Below are positions 56,094-64,000 of a DNA stretch of 64,000 bases, piece by piece. The notes beneath the pieces are model-generated. The model had not been told where the DNA came from and did not search any database. It worked only from the letters and a program-made list of their open reading frames with translations. Origin of the DNA: Pseudomonadota bacterium. Lineage in GTDB: Bacteria > Bdellovibrionota_G > JALEGL01 > DATDPG01. The stretch spans positions 117,732 to 181,731 of the forward strand of contig JAZDDX010000016.1 in NCBI GenBank assembly GCA_043809315.1, in the 5' to 3' direction. Numbering within the stretch: the first letter of the stretch is position 1; each line of letters opens with the position of its first letter. The translations under genes and the position numbers were made by a program.

Positions 56094-56620
56094 CGCGACA
56101 TACGCGGAACGACCGTCCGGAGTCTCCACCCCAGCTCCGCCGATCCGACGGCGACGCCGATCGATCCGGCAAGCCACGCCAAAAGCACGAGATCGAAAGC
56201 GACGAACCCGACTAACCGGAAAAATAGAAGGGAGAAGATTGAAAGCGACGCCCACGGAACGAGCCGGTGTTTCCGGAGAACGCCGACCTCTTCACGGGTG
56301 AGAACCAAAGCTGCGATCAGTGCGCTCGTCCCGAGAAAAAATCCGCCGCAGGCGGCCGTGCAGGCGGCGTGACCGTACTTCATCAGAAATTCGAAGAGGA
56401 TCTCGCTTCGACCCGGCGAAAAGTTGAACTGCGGACAAACCAGAAGCGTCCCGGTCCCGACCACGAGATGGACCCCGAGCGCCTTGCCGAGAACGCGCCC
56501 CCAGGAGGGATGAAGATCCGATTTCACTTTGGAAAAAATCGCCCGGGAGATCCCTTCCGGCGGCCTCTCCTCCGGCGTTTCGAGAAACGCCCCGAACTCT
56601 TCCATCCACCGGTCGGTCAT
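56090..56620 (-). CDS. Putative membrane anti-sigma factor with Cys/His in TM segments
   Basis: ATG 56620 overlaps the ECF stop; H...VCPQF and HAACTAACG; about 4 TMs. Confidence 0.65.
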   Translation of the reverse strand: MTDRWMEEFGAFLETPEERPPEGISRAIFSKVKSDLHPSWGRVLGKALGVHLVVGTGTLLVCPQFNFSPGRSEILFEFLMKYGHAACTAACGGFFLGTSALIAALVLTREEVGVLRKHRLVPWASLSIFSLLFFRLVGFVAFDLVLLAWLAGSIGVAVGSAELGWRLRTVVPRMSR

Positions 56621-57123
56621 TTCGCACCTCGGAGTTTCCGGATCCCGCGCGAGACCAGCTGCCGGACGTTCGACGGCGTCGTCTCGAGCTTCCGCGCGAT
56701 TTCGTCGAACCGGAGATCCTCCCCGTACCGGAGGCGGATCGCCTGGCGCTGCGGCTCGGTGAGAACCTTCCACGCGGGAAGTTCACGCGCCGGTTCTGCC
56801 GAAGCGGTGATCGATTCAGGAACCAATTCAACCGTCGGCTCCTTCCCCGTTTTCCGGAAGTGATCTGTCAGAAGATTCCGTGCGATCGTGAAGAGCCACG
56901 GCGCGAACGGATAGGACGGATCGTACCGATGTCGTCCCTCGTGGAGCTTCAGAAACGCCCCCTGGAAGAGATCCCCCGCCACTTCCCGGTCGGAAAGCCG
57001 GCCGACGAAATATCCGTACAGTCTCCCGGAGTACCTCCGGTACAGCCGTTCGAACGCGGAGAGATCCCCATCCTGGTAGGCGCGCATCAGCTCCTCATCG
57101 GTTGATTGTTCCTGCGCCGCCAA
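56617..57123 (-). CDS. ECF RNA polymerase sigma-70 factor
   Basis: DEELM...GD..AFERLYRRY, DLFQ..F.K, WLFTIARN, region 4 FDEIA...SRG. Confidence 0.92.
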   Translation of the reverse strand: MAAQEQSTDEELMRAYQDGDLSAFERLYRRYSGRLYGYFVGRLSDREVAGDLFQGAFLKLHEGRHRYDPSYPFAPWLFTIARNLLTDHFRKTGKEPTVELVPESITASAEPARELPAWKVLTEPQRQAIRLRYGEDLRFDEIARKLETTPSNVRQLVSRGIRKLRGAK

Positions 57124-57149
57124 ATCGGTTCCTTCTCAAGAACCCATTA

Positions 57150-57374
57150 TCACACATTCTTGTCTTCCTTCGACTTGCAGCAGGGGCAACCGCAGCTCTT
57201 TCCGCAGTTACACACCTTCTTGCAAGAGCAGTCTTTGTGGTTACAGGCCGCTTCATGTTTCAACATACAGGGACATTTCGGCTTTTCGGCCGCCTGCCCC
57301 GCCCCCTCTTGCGCGAACGCCGGAGCGACCGCCAGAAAGGCCAAGACGGTGAGCCAACTGAGTGTTTTTCTCAT
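57150..57374 (-). CDS. Secreted metallothionein-like Cys-rich small protein (74 aa)
   Basis: Signal peptide ending AFA; mature part contains KCPCMLKHEAACNHKDCSCKKVCNCGKSCGCPCCK (11 Cys, 2 His, no aromatics). Confidence 0.8.
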   Translation of the reverse strand: MRKTLSWLTVLAFLAVAPAFAQEGAGQAAEKPKCPCMLKHEAACNHKDCSCKKVCNCGKSCGCPCCKSKEDKNV

Positions 57375-57384
57375 AGTGACGAGT

Positions 57385-57412
57385 AATACGGACCCGGAGA
57401 CCTTTTGTGACA
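57385..57412 (-). promoter_or_regulatory. Putative ECF sigma promoter
   Basis: TGTCAC-N16-CGTATT ending 10 nt before ATG 57374; no SD (near-leaderless). Confidence 0.55.
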
Positions 57413-57447
57413 CCCCCGTTCCTGTGTTAGACCGTTCCCTCAAGGCC

Positions 57448-58143
57448 ATGTCGATTCACGTTTTCGTCGTCGAGGACGAGCCGAAGGTCCAGAAGTTCGT
57501 CCGGAAAGCCCTGGAAGCGGCTGGGATGCAGGTCGAGTCGACCGACAACCTCGACGAGCTGGAGCCGTTCCTGATCCGGGTTCCGTTCGACGTCATCGTT
57601 CTCGACCGTCTTCTCGGCCGCCGGGACTCCCTCCCGATGGTTCCGGAGATCAAGCGGATCTGCCCGGAGGCGAAGGTTCTTTTCTTAAGCGCCCTCGGCG
57701 ATCTCGACCAGCGCGTGTCGGGGCTCGAGATCGGCGCCGACGATTATCTCGCCAAACCGTTCCACGTTACCGAGTTGGTCGCCCGCGTCCGTGCCCTGGC
57801 CCGACGCCCCTCCGCCGAAGAAGGGGGCGAGAACCTCCTCCGTTTCGGCGATCTCGAAATCCGAATGGACACGCAGGAGGTCCGGCGCGGCGGGAGAGCG
57901 GTTCCGCTCACGGCCAAAGAGTTCAAGCTCCTGACGCTTCTCGCCCGGAAGCCGCGGAAGGTTTTCTCCCGCGAGGAGCTTCTGGATCGAGTCTGGGGGG
58001 TCAACGCCGATCCCGGATCGAATGTCGTCGAGGTCACCGTAACCCGCCTCCGCTCCAAGCTGGACGAGGGGGGGAGCAAACCGCTCATCCACACCAAGCG
58101 CGGCAGCGGGTACTGGTTCGGTGAACGCAATGACCAGGAATAA
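57448..58143 (+). CDS. OmpR-family response regulator (CusR/CopR-like)
   Basis: VVEDE, VLD, GADDYLAKPF, LTAKEFKLL, NVVEV...RLRSK, IHTKRGSGY. Confidence 0.92.
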   Translation: MSIHVFVVEDEPKVQKFVRKALEAAGMQVESTDNLDELEPFLIRVPFDVIVLDRLLGRRDSLPMVPEIKRICPEAKVLFLSALGDLDQRVSGLEIGADDYLAKPFHVTELVARVRALARRPSAEEGGENLLRFGDLEIRMDTQEVRRGGRAVPLTAKEFKLLTLLARKPRKVFSREELLDRVWGVNADPGSNVVEVTVTRLRSKLDEGGSKPLIHTKRGSGYWFGERNDQE

Positions 58144-59527
58144 ATCGCTCGTCACACGCCTGACGGGGGGGATGTGGCTCTTCTCCGCGATCAGCTGTGT
58201 CGCCGCCGCGCTTCTTGCCACGTTTCTCATCATCCGGAATTCGGAACTCCAGGCAAAAGACCGGATCAAAGCGGAGGAGGCGAACCTTGTCTCCTTAGGT
58301 CTGATCGATCTGATCTCGCTCAACGACTTCAAGGAGTTGGTGCCGCGGATCCCGGAAACGTTGCAAGGGGGGGAAGGGTTGGATGAGGTTATCCGGATCT
58401 ACGAACCGCCCGGGAAGCTCCTCTTCACCAACGTGAAGTCCCCCGAGATCGCCCGAGCCAAGGTCCCTCGCGCAAAGGTTGTCGATAAGGGGTTCTACGA
58501 GATCGAAGGAAAAACCCACCACTACCTCGCGCTATTGCGCAGCTATCAGGCGTATGACGGCGACACGCTCTGGATCGAGATCGTGACCCCCAGGACTTCC
58601 GCCATCGCGGTTCTCCAGCAGATCATGCTTCCTTTCCTTCTCGCTTTAACCCTCCTTCTGATCCTCTCGTACGTCATCGCCCGAATCGTGACACGGAAGG
58701 CGCTGATGCCGCTCCAATCGATGGGGAGGCAGATGGACCATCTCGACGTCACGCAGTTCAAGGCGTGGGAACCGTTTGCCGTCGCCGAGCAGCCGAAAGA
58801 GTTCCAGCCGATTCTGGGGAAGGTGAACGAGCTGATCGCACGGATCCAGAACGCCTTCTTGAAGTTCCACCGCCTCGGCCAGTTCGTCGCGCACGAAGTT
58901 CGAACGCCGCTCACCGTGATCCAGGGGGAGATCGAGAACGCTCTCGCCACGCCGACGGCAACCCCAGAGGAGTACCGCGAGACGCTTACGAGCTGCATGG
59001 GAGAGGTTGCCCGGATCGACGAGATCGTCGGAACGGTTCTGCGGGTCGCTAAGGCGGACGCCGAGATTCGGCCGTATGTCCCAGAGACGGTCGACCTCGG
59101 GGCGTTTCTGGGAGAGTTGGGACCCAAATTGGAAAAATACACGGGACGAAAGATCCGGCTCTCCCCCGGGGAGAGTGCGCCCCTTTTCGCCGACCGCGAG
59201 TTGATCGGGCTCCTCGTCAGCAACCTGGTCCAGAACGTGGCCAAGCACACGCCGGCCGGAACCGCGACTGAGATCCGCTGGTCGAAGCGGGGGGAGAACG
59301 AAACGGAGCTCGAAATCCTGGATCGGGGGCCTGGGCTCCCACCGGATATCTTATCGGTCGCCAATTCGGACCAGATCGGGAACGAAACCCTCGGCATCGG
59401 CCTCACTCTTTGCAAACAGATCGCCCAGATCAGTCACCTGAAGCTCGAGTTCGAAAACCGGCCGGAAGGGGGCCTCCTGGTCCGGATGATCGTCCCGACC
59501 GCCCAGCCGAACATGACGAAAATGTAA
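58130..59527 (+). CDS. Sensor histidine kinase (CusS-like architecture)
   Basis: Two TMs, periplasmic domain, VAHEVRTPL, NLVQNVAKHT, DRGPG, GIGL. Confidence 0.9.
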   Translation: MTRNKSLVTRLTGGMWLFSAISCVAAALLATFLIIRNSELQAKDRIKAEEANLVSLGLIDLISLNDFKELVPRIPETLQGGEGLDEVIRIYEPPGKLLFTNVKSPEIARAKVPRAKVVDKGFYEIEGKTHHYLALLRSYQAYDGDTLWIEIVTPRTSAIAVLQQIMLPFLLALTLLLILSYVIARIVTRKALMPLQSMGRQMDHLDVTQFKAWEPFAVAEQPKEFQPILGKVNELIARIQNAFLKFHRLGQFVAHEVRTPLTVIQGEIENALATPTATPEEYRETLTSCMGEVARIDEIVGTVLRVAKADAEIRPYVPETVDLGAFLGELGPKLEKYTGRKIRLSPGESAPLFADRELIGLLVSNLVQNVAKHTPAGTATEIRWSKRGENETELEILDRGPGLPPDILSVANSDQIGNETLGIGLTLCKQIAQISHLKLEFENRPEGGLLVRMIVPTAQPNMTKM

Positions 59528-59539
59528 TGAAGCTGTCAT
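59513..59539 (+). promoter_or_regulatory. CusR/CopR-type binding box
   Basis: ATGACGAAAATGTAAT-GAAGC-TGTCAT resembles the cop/cus box TGACA-N4-TGTAAT/TGTCAT; upstream of the 59637 gene. Confidence 0.65.
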
Positions 59540-59636
59540 CCGCGGGTCACCCGCTGGGCCGATACTGATCTCGTGAACGCGGAAGGGGATTCCCCCGAGC
59601 GTTCGAAACCAAAACTGAAAATTAGGAGATCACACA

Positions 59637-59981
59637 ATGAAACGCACACTCATCGGAATGGCACTCTTGGTTCCCGCCCTTTGCTTCGCAGGGAACACGG
59701 TTACCGCCGCCAACCCGACCCATGCGAAATCGCATGTCGTCGCGAAGAAAGTGGAAGCCAGCAAGAAGGCCGAGACTGCAATGACCAAAGACATCAACCT
59801 GACGGGCGGCACCGAAGCCAACCGGATGGAGATCGAAAAGATCGCCAAAGAGGCCGGCGCTACCAGCGCGAGCTTCGATGCGAAGACCGGCACACTGAAG
59901 GTCAGCGCGAAGAGCTTCGACGAAGCGAAGTTCTTAGGCTCCGTCGAGAAGGCCCTCCCGGGCGTCTCGCTCAAGAAGTAA
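59637..59981 (+). CDS. Secreted small protein with HMA-like fold pattern lacking CxxC
   Basis: SD AGGAG; signal peptide; INLTGGTEANRMEIEK...ASFDAKTGTLKV...VEKA resembles the HMA beta-alpha-beta-beta-alpha-beta pattern. Confidence 0.6.
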   Translation: MKRTLIGMALLVPALCFAGNTVTAANPTHAKSHVVAKKVEASKKAETAMTKDINLTGGTEANRMEIEKIAKEAGATSASFDAKTGTLKVSAKSFDEAKFLGSVEKALPGVSLKK

Positions 59982-60000
59982 CTGCTGAGTTGAAGTAGTC

Positions 60001-60038
60001 AAAAAAGGGGACCTGCCGGGCGGCGGGTCCCCTTTTTG
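60001..60038 (+). terminator. Intrinsic terminator (bidirectional form)
   Basis: AAAAAAGGGGACCTGCC-GGGC-GGCGGGTCCCCTTTTT. Confidence 0.88.
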
Positions 60039-60096
60039 TTTTTGCTTGAAGACGGTGACCTCGCGCGGGGTTTGAGCTATAGACCTCCATTCGAAA

Positions 60097-60173
60097 GGGC
60101 CATTAGCTCAGCTGGATAGAGCATCGGGCTTCGAACCCGAGGGTCGGCGGTTCGAATCCGTCATGGCCCACCA
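60097..60173 (+). tRNA. tRNA-Arg(TCG)
   Basis: GGGCCAT...ATGGCCC-A-CCA; anticodon arm TCGGG-CTTCGAA-CCCGA. Confidence 0.95.
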
Positions 60174-60176
60174 CAA

Positions 60177-60261
60177 GCCGCCGTGGTGGAATTGGCAGAC
60201 ACGCCAGGCTTAGGACCTGGTGGGGCAACCCGTGGGGGTTCGAGTCCCTCCGGCGGCACCA
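60177..60261 (+). tRNA. tRNA-Leu(TAG)
   Basis: GCCGCCG...CGGCGGC-A-CCA; CCAGG-CTTAGGA-CCTGG; long variable arm. Confidence 0.95.
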
Positions 60262-60277
60262 TAAAATGTTGGATAAG

Positions 60278-60778
60278 ATGACCTCGAAACTCTCACTGAT
60301 CCTTACGATTTTGGCGCTCCTCCCATGGCTCACGGCGGCAGAAGCGGAGGAATCGATCGCGGGTCACTTCTATGCCACCGCGTTCATTTCGAGCACTCCC
60401 GGCTATCTGACAAATCAAGGTCACCTCGAAGGGTGGCAGCGGGATTATTCCCCCGGCGTCAGCGTCGGATACAACTGGACCGACGAATGGGCGTTCGGCC
60501 TCAACCTCTCCCCGAACTTCATCCGCGACCGTTACGACAGCCTGGGGGTGATTCCGGGGGCCTACTGGAGCTTTAACTCGTTCCTGTTCGCCGCATTTCA
60601 ACTCTATGTTCCGGTCCAACCAACGGTCGATTTCGGCATCGAACCGGGCATCGGTGCCTACACGGATTTCGGCCATGGATTCAGCCCGTTCGTGGAGTTC
60701 GACGTCTTGAGCATCTTCGGACGGGAGAAACCGGATCTCGGTTTCATCGCCATCCTGGGGTTGGAAAAGGAGTTCTGA
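60278..60778 (+). CDS. Small outer-membrane beta-barrel-like protein
   Basis: Signal peptide, alternating aromatic/Gly strands, C-terminal Phe (LGLEKEF). Confidence 0.65.
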   Translation: MTSKLSLILTILALLPWLTAAEAEESIAGHFYATAFISSTPGYLTNQGHLEGWQRDYSPGVSVGYNWTDEWAFGLNLSPNFIRDRYDSLGVIPGAYWSFNSFLFAAFQLYVPVQPTVDFGIEPGIGAYTDFGHGFSPFVEFDVLSIFGREKPDLGFIAILGLEKEF

Positions 60779-60840
60779 GGGCTGAGCTCGCGAAATGCGT
60801 ATTGTGTCCCCCGAAAAGGTGCGGTAAAAGCCGCCCCCTT

Positions 60841-62103
60841 ATGCAAGTCAAAGTCGATTCCGTTTCCGCGGTAGAAAAGAAGCTCTCCGTCTCGATTCCG
60901 GAGGAGCGTGTCCAGACCGAGATCGAGGAGGCGTTCAAGCAGCTCTCCAAGAAGATCGCCATCCCCGGATTCCGCGCCGGCAAGGTCCCCCGCACGATCC
61001 TCGAACAGCGCTTCGGCGCCTCCGTCGAGGCCGACGTCTACCAGGACCTGGTCCAGAAGACCGTCTCCGAGGCATTGACCGAGCACAAGCTCGATGCCAT
61101 CCGGGTCTACGACATCGCCGAACCGAAACGGAAAAAGGGGGAAGGGTTCTCCTATGTCGCCTCCATCGAAGTGAAGCCGGAGATCGAGCCGAAAGATTAC
61201 CTCGGGATCAAGGTGGAAGCGTCGAAGACCGTCGTGAAAGAGGAACAGATTCAGGAAGTCTTGAAGCGCCTTCAGGATTCCCAGGCAGTCCTCAAACACC
61301 GCGAAGGGGTAATGAAGCCGACCAAGGGGGATTTCGTCGGGGTCACGCTTCAGGAGTGCGATGAGACGGGAACCGTGAAAGCGACGAAGGAAGAGCTCCG
61401 CGAGCAGACGTACGAAGTCGGTGCCGAGCTTCTCCAGCCCGAGATCGAAAAAGGGGTGACCAAGATTACCCTTGGAGAATCGACCGTCGTGCCGGTCAAG
61501 CTCCAGAACCCCGACCGCGAGATCCACGCCAAGCTCACGCTCAAGACGATCAAGGAGAAGATCCTTCCGACGTTGGACGATGAATTCGCCAAATCGGTCG
61601 GACCGTTCGCCGATCTGAACGCGCTCCGCGAGCAGGTAACGAAAGATCTTCAGACCGAGGTGGAGCAGAAAGCGAAGAGCGAGACGGTCCGGAAGATCCT
61701 CGACGAGATCGTGAAGAAGAACCCGCTCATGCTCCCCGAGACGCTGGTCCACGAGGAACTACACCATATGATGGAAGGGCTCGCGCACCGGATGGCGCAG
61801 GCCGGAATCCAGAAGCTCCCGGACGACTATCACCCCGAAAAACTCGAGGCGGAGTTCCGCCCCGAAGCGGCGAAACACGTACACGAGCAACTCCTGATCG
61901 AGGCGGTCGCAAAGAAAGAGGGGCTGACCATCGAAGAGAAGGAGGTCAGCGAACGGATCGTTTCGATCGCCAAGGCTGCCAAAGTCCCGCCGGGAGAGCT
62001 CCGCGCGCACTACGAGAAGAGCGGAAAGTTCGAATCCCTGCGCTTCCAACTTCTTTCGCAAAAAACGCTTGATTTCCTCCTGAGCAAGGCTAACGTTAAG
62101 TAG
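60841..62103 (+). CDS. tig: Trigger factor
   Basis: IPGFRAGKVP, LDDEFAK; upstream of clpP. Confidence 0.93.
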   Translation: MQVKVDSVSAVEKKLSVSIPEERVQTEIEEAFKQLSKKIAIPGFRAGKVPRTILEQRFGASVEADVYQDLVQKTVSEALTEHKLDAIRVYDIAEPKRKKGEGFSYVASIEVKPEIEPKDYLGIKVEASKTVVKEEQIQEVLKRLQDSQAVLKHREGVMKPTKGDFVGVTLQECDETGTVKATKEELREQTYEVGAELLQPEIEKGVTKITLGESTVVPVKLQNPDREIHAKLTLKTIKEKILPTLDDEFAKSVGPFADLNALREQVTKDLQTEVEQKAKSETVRKILDEIVKKNPLMLPETLVHEELHHMMEGLAHRMAQAGIQKLPDDYHPEKLEAEFRPEAAKHVHEQLLIEAVAKKEGLTIEEKEVSERIVSIAKAAKVPPGELRAHYEKSGKFESLRFQLLSQKTLDFLLSKANVK

Positions 62104-62134
62104 TTAACATTAAAGACATTTTTTGAGGAGCATT

Positions 62135-62749
62135 ATGAACCTGATCCCGATGGTGGTTGAGCAAACGCACCGTGGCGAGCGGTCGTACGACATTTTCAGC
62201 CGCCTGCTCAAAGAGCGAATCATTTTTTTGAGCTCACCGATCGATGACGACGTCGCGAACCTGGTCGTCGCACAACTCCTCTATCTGGAGTCGGAAGAGC
62301 CGGACAAAGACATCAGCTTCTACATCAACTCCCCGGGGGGCTCGGTCTACGCCGGTCTTGCGATCTACGATACCATGCAGCACATCCGTCCGCAGATCTC
62401 GACCTTCTGTGTGGGGATGGCGGCGTCGATGGCGGCGGTTTTGCTGGCTGCCGGGGAACGCGGCAAGCGGTTTGTCCTCCCCCACTCCAGGATCCTGATC
62501 CACCAACCGCTCGGGAACTTCAAGGGGCAGGCGACCGACATCGACATCCAGGCGCGCGAGATCATGTCCTTACGGGAAGATCTCAACGAGATCCTCGCGA
62601 AACATACGAAACAACCGGTCGATAAAATCAAGAAAGATACCGACCGGGACTTCTACATGGCGCCGGAGGAGGCGAAAGAATACGGGATTATTGATACAAT
62701 CGTGATCAAGCAGAAGCCTACGCAAGCCGCGGTGGCTTCGAAGAAGTGA
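62135..62749 (+). CDS. clpP: ATP-dependent Clp protease proteolytic subunit
   Basis: [37 protein letters not shown]. Confidence 0.97.
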   Translation: MNLIPMVVEQTHRGERSYDIFSRLLKERIIFLSSPIDDDVANLVVAQLLYLESEEPDKDISFYINSPGGSVYAGLAIYDTMQHIRPQISTFCVGMAASMAAVLLAAGERGKRFVLPHSRILIHQPLGNFKGQATDIDIQAREIMSLREDLNEILAKHTKQPVDKIKKDTDRDFYMAPEEAKEYGIIDTIVIKQKPTQAAVASKK

Positions 62750-62762
62750 TCTCGAGGAACGG

Positions 62763-64000
62763 ATGAACCGGAAAGGGACAGAAGGCGGAGCGAACCTGGC
62801 CTGCTCGTTTTGCGGCAAGAGCCAGAAGGAAGTGAAGAAGCTGATCGCGGGGCCGACGGTCTACATCTGCGACGAGTGCATCGAGCTCTGCAACGACATC
62901 ATCGCCGAGGAGAACGAGCGCGAGGAGTCGTACACCCCGCAAGCGAAGATCCCGAAGCCGAACGAGATCAAGGCGATCCTCGACGAATATGTGATCGGGC
63001 AGGAGCGGGCGAAGAAGGTTCTCTCCGTCGCCGTTTATAACCACTACAAGCGGATCGACGCCCGGATGGTGGCCGGCGAGGTCGAGCTTCAAAAATCGAA
63101 CATCCTCCTGCTGGGTCCGACCGGCACCGGCAAGACGCTTCTTGCCCAGACGCTCGCCAAGATCCTGAACGTCCCGTTCACGATCGTCGATGCGACGACG
63201 CTCACCGAAGCCGGGTATGTCGGCGAGGATGTCGAGAACATCATCCTGAACCTCCTCCAGGCCGCCGATTACGACATCGAGAAGGCTCAGCGGGGGATCG
63301 CGTACATCGACGAGATCGACAAGATCTCGCGCAAATCCGACTCTCCTTCGATCACGCGCGACGTATCGGGGGAAGGAGTACAGCAGGCGCTCTTAAAGAT
63401 CATCGAGGGGACGATGGCGAATGTCCCGCCCAAAGGGGGACGGAAACACCCGCAGCAGGAGTTCCTGCAGGTCGACACGACGAACATCCTCTTCATCTGC
63501 GGCGGCGCCTTCATCGGCCTCGACAAGATCGTCGAGCAGCGGATGCACGAGAAGCATGTCGGGTTTACGGCGAAGATCACGTCCAAGAAGGACCGGAAGA
63601 TCGGAGACCTCTTGAACCATGTTCAGCCGGAGGACCTCCTGAAGTTCGGGTTGATTCCCGAGTTCATCGGTCGCCTCCCGGTTTTGGCGTCCCTACACGA
63701 ACTGGATGAAAACGCGTTGGTCGAGATCCTGACCAAGCCGAAGAACGCTCTCGTCAAGCAGTATCAGAAGCTGTTCGACTTCGAGAAAGTGAAGCTCAAG
63801 TTCACGAAGGGGGCGACGCAAGCGATCGCAAAGGAGGCTTTGGCAAGGGCTTCCGGCGCGCGCGGCCTCCGCTCGATCATGGAAAACATCATGCTGGAGA
63901 TCATGTACGAGATCCCCTCCAAGGATAACATCGAGGAGTGCGTGATCTCGGAAGAGGTCGTGCTGAACAAAGAAAAGCCGATCATCGTCTACCAGCGTGA
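62763..64000 (+). CDS. clpX: ATP-dependent Clp protease ATP-binding subunit ClpX (3' partial)
   Basis: CSFCGK...[52 protein letters not shown]; frame open to the window end. Confidence 0.97.
   Translation, partial: MNRKGTEGGANLACSFCGKSQKEVKKLIAGPTVYICDECIELCNDIIAEENEREESYTPQAKIPKPNEIKAILDEYVIGQERAKKVLSVAVYNHYKRIDARMVAGEVELQKSNILLLGPTGTGKTLLAQTLAKILNVPFTIVDATTLTEAGYVGEDVENIILNLLQAADYDIEKAQRGIAYIDEIDKISRKSDSPSITRDVSGEGVQQALLKIIEGTMANVPPKGGRKHPQQEFLQVDTTNILFICGGAFIGLDKIVEQRMHEKHVGFTAKITSKKDRKIGDLLNHVQPEDLLKFGLIPEFIGRLPVLASLHELDENALVEILTKPKNALVKQYQKLFDFEKVKLKFTKGATQAIAKEALARASGARGLRSIMENIMLEIMYEIPSKDNIEECVISEEVVLNKEKPIIVYQR

Noticed and set aside
57106-57447. N-terminal extension of the response regulator
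   Set aside because: It is the antisense shadow of the Cys-rich gene; the receiver domain starts at ATG 57448.
63998-64000. Terminal TGA as the clpX stop
   Set aside because: Out of frame; the last complete codon is CGT at 63996-63998.

Overview
GC-rich bacterial chromosomal window, probably from a delta-proteobacterial-type lineage (Bdellovibrionota/Myxococcota-like; inferred from the FHA-sigma54 activator, PilZ, many sigma54 promoters and gene order). The housekeeping backbone comprises reverse transsulfuration genes, oppA, an M16 peptidase, xseB-ispA-tlyA, ftsEX-envC-ctpA, tolQRAB-ppx, nadE-nadK-recO-mazG, amidase-rph-rdgB, glcD-like-murQ, tig-clpP-clpX and five intact tRNAs. Accessory material: (i) two tandem Hint-domain proteins at the left edge, one catalytically intact and secreted, one degenerate; (ii) several single-gene inserts bracketed by short direct repeats that duplicate the stop-codon region of the neighbouring gene, with no integrase or transposase in the window; (iii) a 5'-truncated tRNA-Leu(CAG) between 21-bp repeats; (iv) a GT-C glycosylation cluster after tRNA-Pro; (v) a MurQ-HAD phosphatase fusion behind a D-lactate-dehydrogenase-like gene; (vi) an island after tRNA-His built by a 1.4-kb duplication and domain swapping among secreted glycan-active lipoproteins under divergent sigma54 promoters; (vii) a putative envelope metal-stress module: a signal-peptide-bearing metallothionein-like protein, ECF sigma/anti-sigma, a CusRS-like pair and a Cys-less HMA-like protein with a cop box. 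ispA is frameshifted in a G9 run. No CRISPR array, rRNA, IS element or phage gene was found. All family calls are from motif recognition by eye; no database searches were run.
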